Assembly: GCF_009914755.1 (NCBI RefSeq)
Contig: NC_060937.1
Origin: the human T2T-CHM13v2.0 reference genome, Homo sapiens
DNA: 64,000 bases
Reading direction: 5' to 3' (one strand)
Under the pieces are notes generated by a model, which had not been told where the DNA came from, made no database searches, and was given only the letters and a program-made list of their open reading frames with translations. Shown here in pieces: positions 56,180 through 64,000 of this stretch. The translations under genes and the position numbers were made by a program. Numbering within the stretch: position 1 is the stretch's first letter; each line of letters begins with the position of its first letter.

Positions 56180-57450
56180 TCATTGATTTATTATTTATTA
56201 AACACTTCATTATACCAGGCACTGGGGGGCACCCAGAAGTGACTAAAAGAGACCAGGTACCTGGTTTCATTGAGTTTATATTTTAGTTTAGGAAAACACA
56301 CAACAATATAAAACATAAATTTTAAAAAGGTTAATTTCAGATAGCAAAAAGGGATACGAAGAAAATGGGATGGTGTGATAGAGACCCAACTTACAGCTGA
56401 GGGCGACCGGTTCTACCTGAGGCAAAGTGGTTAGGAAAGCTGTTAATTAATGGTGACCTTTAAGTAGAGACCTGAATGGAAAGAGAAGCCAAGCCTGTGA
56501 AGACTGGTGTTCCAGCAAGAGGGGTTGCATGTGCAAGGGTCCTGAGGCTGGAATGTGCCTTGTGACTTCAAGAACAGAAGGGCTTATGTGAAAAGTGAAG
56601 CATGGTGAGTCCAGGGAATTCTGGAAAACCTGGAGGAGGAGAGGAGGCTGGGTATGGGACCCTGACGTGGAGCTGGATTTTATTCTGTGTGAGGTGGGAA
56701 GCCATTGGAGAGTTTTATTCAGGGTACTGACATCACTTGGAAAAGAGTAAAAGATTACTCTGGATCACAGGATGTAAAAGCAGTGGCAGAGAGGCTTGGC
56801 AGGTGGCTGGGGATGTCCAGACTACTAGGATGGCCCTTAGACCAGACAGGAAACAGTGGAAATGGGAGAAGTGGGTGAGGTCCGTGTATATTTCAGAAGT
56901 AGCACTGATGGGATTTGCTGATGGATTGCAGGCAGGGAGTGAAGAAAACGGAGGGGGTGGTAAGGAAGATTCCCAGGCTTTTGACTTTAACTGTGTGAAC
57001 GGATGGTGGTGCCATTTACTGAAATGGGGAAGACCCAGTGAGGATTTGAGGTGAAATGACAAACTCTGATTTGCGATTTGAGTGTGAAATTCATATTAAA
57101 TATCAATGTGAGATCAGAGGAAGAGGGAAGGAGAAATCAACCAAGGGAAGCTGAGAAGGAGCCTTAGGTAAGTGGAATAATGAGAGTGTTGCAGAAACCA
57201 ATAGAAGAAAGAGCTCCAAGAAGGAAGGAGTGGTCAACTGAATTAGGTACATGTGGAAAGTCGAATACCACAGCTGTGGAAGAGGGTCCAGTGGGGGCTC
57301 ATTGGCAGTCTTGATTTGGTCAGTTGATGGAAGAAATAGAAATCTGTTTGGAATCAGTGATGAAATTGGGAAGCGAGAAAGTAGAGACAGTGGAAACAGC
57401 CTTTACTTGAGGTTACGCTGTGAAGGGGGCATTGCATGGTAGTTAGGACA
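56180..57450 (-). mobile_element. L2a fragment (appears to resume at about 58250-58480)
   Basis: gcatgtgcaagggtcctgaggc...gggaagccattggagagtttt...gatttgctgatggattg. Confidence 0.85.
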
Positions 57451-57531
57451 CTTGTACATTAAATATTGTTAAGGTGGAAGGTGTATCATACATTTGTATT
57501 TTAAAGGGAGAGTTCTGGTACTGCGGGAGGC

Positions 57532-58246
57532 TATCATCTTATACCAGTCAGAATGGCTATTACTAAAAAGGCAGGAAAAAAATAACAGATGTTGGTGAGA
57601 ATGCAGAGAAAAGAGAGTGTTTGTACACTGTTGGTGGGAATATAAATTAGTACAACCTTTATGGAGAACAGCATGGAGACTTCTCAAAGAACTAAAACTA
57701 GGAGGACCACAGGATCTGGCAATCTGGATATCTGGATACCCAAAAGAAAAGAAATCATTCTATTAAAAGGATACCTGCATTCATCTGTTTATTGCAGCAC
57801 TAGTCACTATGGGAAAACTACGGAATCAACCCATGTTCATCAATGGATGAATGAATAAAGAAAATGTAGCATATATACACAGTAGAATACTATTCAGCCA
57901 TAAAAAATGAAATCAAGTCTTTTGCCTCAATATGGATGGAATGGAAGACTATTATTTTAAGTAAAACAACTCAGACACAGAAAGACAAATACCGCATGTT
58001 CTCACTTACATGTCGGAGCAAAATAACATACACATGGACATAGAGTGGGAATGGTAGATGATGAAGACTCAAAGCACTTTCAGGGTGGACATGGGTAGAT
58101 AATGAGAAATTACTTAATGAGTGCAATATACATTATTTGGATCATGGATGCCCTAAAATCCCCAACTTCACCACTATCAATACAGACATGTGACAAAATT
58201 ACACTTAGACCCCATACATTTATACAAATACAATTTAAATTAAAAA
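57532..58246 (+). mobile_element. L1MA2/3-like 3' fragment
   Basis: ccagtcagaatggctattactaaaaag...gagaaattacttaatg...cttcaccacta. Confidence 0.88.
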
Positions 58247-59129
58247 TGCAGATGAGATAGGAGATGAGATAACTCCTGAGAGTAACCAAGTAAAGCATTC
58301 GCAAAGGTGAGTGAGGATAGGCACAGAGCACTAAGTGAAGGGTGGGTTTTGATTCCCTCTGGGGCACTTGATGTGTCTGAAGAGGAAAGGCAGAGGACAG
58401 ACAAAGATATGCAGAGGCTGGTGAACTTGGTGGTGTCAAAATGAGGAAACTCCTCTTATGGCTTCCATTTTCTCAATATAACAATAAAATGATCTAAACA
58501 TAGAATATGCTATACTATAAGTATAGACAGATTTAGGGGAACAATCCATTAAAAATGTAAAGGGGTGCGGGGAACAGATCCGTAGCTTACAGTGGTGAAC
58601 CATCAGCTATCCAGACCCATCCATGTCCTCGGGTTTCTTTGTAACTGAGGTCTTGAGCAACCATGTCTTATTAGATATCAGCACCTACTGATAAAATGTG
58701 GGTATTGCAGTCCAGGGCTGCTGAATGTGAATGGTTCGAAGCTTCCCATTTCACAGAGAATAACATCCAAACTCTATCTCAAGGCCCCATATCTGAACCC
58801 AGCCTCTGCTCCTGCCTCAGCTTTTCTGGAAGGTTTTAGAAATACATTTTAGCACTGGAGTAGCTGAAAGGAGACCCTTAAAATGAGAAAGATGGCAAAG
58901 AAAAAGTGATTCGTTATTAAGAAAGTGCCCTTTTAGCTGATTTCTTAGAAAGATGTATTCTTTGAAAATGAAGTTTATGTTTTATAATTAAAGTCTGTGA
59001 GATAGTAGAACTTTTGATCCATTAATCATTCCGACCTTCCTGCTTTTGACTTCTGCTCAGCTGGCCTTTGTTACTCAACATACCAATATATCCAATTCCT
59101 CCCTTCTCAGAGATGCTTTCGAAGTCTGG

Positions 59130-60230
59130 TTTGTGGATTTCTCTTCCTTAGGCAGCCTCTTAGATACTTGTAGTTGCCCAGGCCTTGATGTTTAGCATTT
59201 TTCTCTCCACGCTGGGTACTTTCCCTCTTTCCCCGGGCAATCTCATTCACCCCAAAGACGTGAACTATCATGTATGTCCTCTGGTAACCCAGAGATCCGT
59301 ATTTAGTCCCATCTCCTCATTGAAGACTGGGAATGGGTGGTCCATTCCTTACGGATTTCTCTTATCAATGCTCCACCTTATGTCTTACATTTAATTCAAA
59401 GCAAACTGGATTTGTCACTCCCCTCACTTTCAAAATCTGCCCTACCTCTGGTCTGAAGGTTGGTCAATTCAATCTTCTTTCTTACAGTGGCCCAGGTGAG
59501 AAACCAAGGAATTATGTTTCCGTCACTACCTCTGGTATCCTTAGTCCTTGGTGTCTCTCAAACATGTTCCCGCCTTCCTTCCTCTTTTCTCTTTTTTGCT
59601 GGACTTTTCCAAGAGCAACACCATGTGTTTCTTCTGTATCTAGTCCCTGTTCCTTCACATTATTTTCTTCTTACCTACTTCTCTCGTCCCATTTCTTGTT
59701 CCTCCTCTAAAAGCATAGTTGTAGCTTAACCAAACTGCTTATCTCTCTATGAATACATTAATCTTTCATCTCCGTGGCTGGCACATGACTGAAGTACTCT
59801 TTATATCTAATTAACTCATTAATTAACTGATCCATCTATTCATTAACTATCCAACTGTTAACTTTGTCTTATTTTAAATTTTGATTCATTTATTTCTTAG
59901 CACAAAGCCATTGTTGTAGTCACTGAAGAAGGGGAGCCAGGAGGACCCTCGCTTTTCCTTTAAGATCCGACTCAGAATGGGATTCTCTGCGATGCCTCCA
60001 CGACCCCTCATCTGACCTAGGCTGGGTTGGGCATTCCTCCTCTCTGTCCTCACATCACTGTTACACACCTTCATCAGAGTACCTGGCACACAGTGTGTCA
60101 TTATCGGTCAGCTTATCTGAGACATCTGGGAACTGAGATTCAGGGGTCTGTTCTTCATGTCTCTGTCCCAGCCAGACACATGGTTGTGGCTTATTAATAC
60201 TCAATTCACCAACACAGGAACAAATGAAAG
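59130..60230 (+). mobile_element. Degraded L2 fragments
   Basis: gcaatctcattcaccc...aactatcatgtatg; agtacctggcacacagt. Confidence 0.5.
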
Positions 60231-60454
60231 GATGTTTGAATACCAGCCACCTCTCCCAATTTTTAGTGGTTCCAAAGCAACACAACAGTGTTTTTAACGA
60301 TCCATTTATATAGGTTTCCAGATAACCTGCTATAAAAGCACTGCTATTTGATTAAAGGTTCAGGAGGTCAGACTAGATGGTCTGATAAAAGATCCTCTCA
60401 ATTCCCTCCTGTTAATATATCCATAGATATGGAGGGTTATCCAAGGTGAGGAGA

Positions 60455-60975
60455 CTGACAAATGATCTAATGCAATCCTAGGCTGTGTTAATAGAGGAAA
60501 GAAGTGTGTCCAGTTCACAGAAGATAATAAGCTTTCTGCACTCAGCACTGCTGAACTCACTGCAGGAAGATTGCGATTAATTCTAGCTGCCTTATTGAAG
60601 CAGGAGAGCACCTCTCTGACATCTATCCAGAGAGGTCCAGAGGTCAGTGGGTAATGAACCTTATCTTATATAAGCAATGGTTGAAGGTACAGTGAATGTT
60701 CAATGGAGAAAAGAGACATCAGCACAGAAACACGTCTTCATGAATTTGAGGCCTGTTATTTGGGAGAGGAATTAAGGCTATTCCATTTGACTTTAAGAGC
60801 GAGGATTTTTGGGCCTAGAATTATCTACAGAATAGATTTTAGCTAATTATAAGTAAGAATGTTTTAACAATTGAAATGGCCTGCCTTTCATATTACTGAG
60901 TTTCTCAATGCCAGCAGAGTGCAAGAAGACAATTACTATTTGCTAGATAATCTCCTGAGATCAAAGATTCTACTA
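60455..60975 (+). mobile_element. L3/CR1 LINE fragment
   Basis: ctaatgcaatcctaggctgtgttaatagagg...gcaatggttgaagg...ggagaaaagagac matches recalled L3 RT/3' region. Confidence 0.7.
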
Positions 60976-62774
60976 TTCCAAGATGGTGACCTTATTTTCC
61001 TCATCTCCAAAAAAGATTTAAGAAGAAATGAAATTTAAGTACATCAGGACAATTTAGTCAACAAGAAGAAAGTCTTGGAATACAATTATACTCATGAGTA
61101 GGTCTGTCAGAAGTTTTCGGAGGTCTCAACTGCAGAATAACTTGAAAATTAGTTTGGATAGTCACTAGTTAAAATAATTTAACTACTCGTGTTCAGAATG
61201 AAGAGGAAGTAAATAGGCAGGGTGTTATTATCCCTGAATCAAGGTTTTATTTGACCTATATAATATCTGTTTTCCTTATAGTAATAGTACAGTAAATTGT
61301 ACAGTAAAGCATTTTTGAGCATGGAAATAATTTAATTAAGAAAAAACCAACAATAACAATAAATAAAACAGAAAGCACAGAGGACAGATAAATGTTTTAT
61401 CAATTCATCAACTGTATTGCTAACAAAATACATTAAGGAATTTGACTGTAAGACCTTACAGAACCTAAAACTATTGTTTTTTTCTAAAAAAATTGTTCCT
61501 GTTCTAATCCAGATATTTATTATTTTACCTTTACTCATGATTGCCAAGCATTTAAGTATTTTTAAATGTCTTAAAGGTTTTTTCCCCCAGCTAATTTCTA
61601 TCCATATGTGGCATTTTTGAAGACAGTTTTATTAGAACAAATTAACAAATATATCCTTTATTTGAGTACTGGGATATGAAATTCAAATTGGTATTATTTT
61701 TATAGTTTATCTCTACTATCTTTGCCTGCTGCATGCATATAAATTCCATTATCATTAATAGGAGTTATGCTCATACAATGAAAGCATTTACTCATTAGTG
61801 TCTAATGCACCTCTCAAGGTTATCCTAAGGTGCAGAAGTTTAATGAGTACTTAATGAGAACTCTAGTACCACTGATTAGGAAAATCCATCATGTTTGTGA
61901 TATGGATATCACAATCTAACACAGGGAAGGTAGTAAAAGTATTTAGTCCCAAATAGTCTCTTTTGTTATTAATCACATGTATGGAAAGCACTTTGTGTTG
62001 ACAAAGTTATGACCTTTAATTTAGTCCATTAATACTTGAAATCTGCTAATCTCTTAAGTAATTCATCACAATTTAAATTTTCATGCAGTATATGACATTT
62101 TGTAATAAATATATTACATAAGACTGAAAAACTTAGATCATGTTTTAAAATAGAAGTTTTATAGATATTGAAAAACTGCTTGCACAAAATTTAGTAAATT
62201 TTTTGCTATTGCTTTGAAAAATAATTTACAATGGAGGAATCCATTAGCTGTTAATATGGTGGGAATGAAATCAGTCTAGATAATTCAGAGCAATCTTATT
62301 ATGTCTCCATTCACATAGGTTCATAGTTATACATCATGAGCAAGAGAAAAACATTTTAAATTGTGAAATATCTTCTGAAACTCCTACTAACAGTTTGATT
62401 TGAACATTTTGATCAATTTTATCTGCTAGGTTAAAAAACCAGATAAAACATAAAGTGGAATTGTTTAAATAGGATTCTGAGTACCTTTTTACATTTTCAG
62501 CTAAACGAGGTTTTTGACATATCCATTGTTCTTAGCTGTGGTGCTAGCAATGCTTCCCATGATACCTGTTATTTTTTCTTTTTAATCACTTACTGAAAAG
62601 TTTCTTTCCCAAGGAATTGATAGGTTAACAAGTGTCCTCCTACATTATGAGATGGTGGTTGTAATGATCAAATAAGGTAATATATGTAAAAGTGCTTTAT
62701 AGCCATAAAAAGCTTTATATGTATATAATTTGTTTTTGTTGGATATCAGTAAAAATGGTCTGTAAAGTTGATAG

Positions 62775-63204
<430 letters not shown>

Positions 63205-63579
63205 TAATTAGACCTAAATCTTATAGTCCAAATTCCTTGGGTAGAAAAAATATTCATTCAGACTGATACCTGGTGGATTTCTTAACCCATAAGAATCAAG
63301 AAAAGCATGTGGGATGATATAACAGGTACCCAGTAGATGAAACCTGAGAAATTAAACTAAAAGCAAGTAAATGAATACCATGGTAAAGATTGATGAGCCC
63401 TGCCATACTCTCTCTAGAGTAAAACAAAAAGAACAAAGCAAGGAGGAGAGGTCTTTGGTACATCACACAGGGTAGGAAAAAGGGAAGATTAGGAGTAATT
63501 GACTAGATGTTCAAATATGAAACCATTATTAATAGATCCTACGCAGGTGTCATCATTTTATTTATGACTACTTCTCAAG

Positions 63580-63938
63580 TGTGTTAGTTCATTTGGACTT
63601 CTATAACAAAGTAGCATAGACTTGACAGCCCATAAACAACAGAAATGTATTTCATATGGCACTAGAGGCCGAGAAGTCTAAGGTTAATGCACAGTAATCT
63701 GGTGTCTAATGAGGGCCCACTCCTGGTTTGTAGATGGCTAACTTTTGTCACACCCTCCCAAGGTAGAAAGAGAGCTAGAGAGCTCTCTGGGGCCTTTTTG
63801 ATAAGGACACTCATCCCATTTATGAGGTTCCTATTGTGACTAATCACCTCTCAAAGGCCCCACCTCCCAATATCATCTCATTGGGGGTTAGAAGTTCAAG
63901 TCTGGAGCTGTGAGGACACAAACATTCATTTCATAACA
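63580..63938 (-). mobile_element. MLT1A0-like MaLR solo LTR
   Basis: tgtgttagtt...acacaaacattcatttcataaca; perfect 5-bp TSD tcaag (63575-63579 and 63939-63943). Confidence 0.9.
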
Positions 63939-64000
63939 TCAAGGGTGATGCAAATGTGTGAGCATTAGAATGTGTCATGGAATCCTATTTATACTCACCA

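Overview
Hominoid (human-like) non-coding genomic DNA, not prokaryotic: it carries Alu, L1PA, THE1, MLT, MER, MIR, L2 and L3 repeats, including an L1PA2/3-type 3' end. No protein-coding gene, RNA gene or CRISPR array can be supported. ORFs with a recognisable protein match are L1 or MaLR remnants; the rest are Alu-derived or look like chance ORFs. Roughly half the window is interspersed repeat. Main elements: a full-length THE1A provirus nested in a rearranged old L1, a five-element nest (MLT1D > MER67-like LTR > two Alus > mini-L1), a Charlie1 transposon and a 2.1-kb L1PA4. The most notable sequence-level signals are two dispersed templated duplications about 1.25-1.28 kb from their donors, two twin-primed L1 insertions, a 46-nt hairpin retrocopy with a poly-A tail, a cluster of plus-strand splice signals (possible lncRNA exons) and several enhancer-like motif clusters. 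I found no convincing novel multi-gene system. Repeat subfamily names come from recalled consensus sequences, and boundaries are approximate unless TSDs are given.
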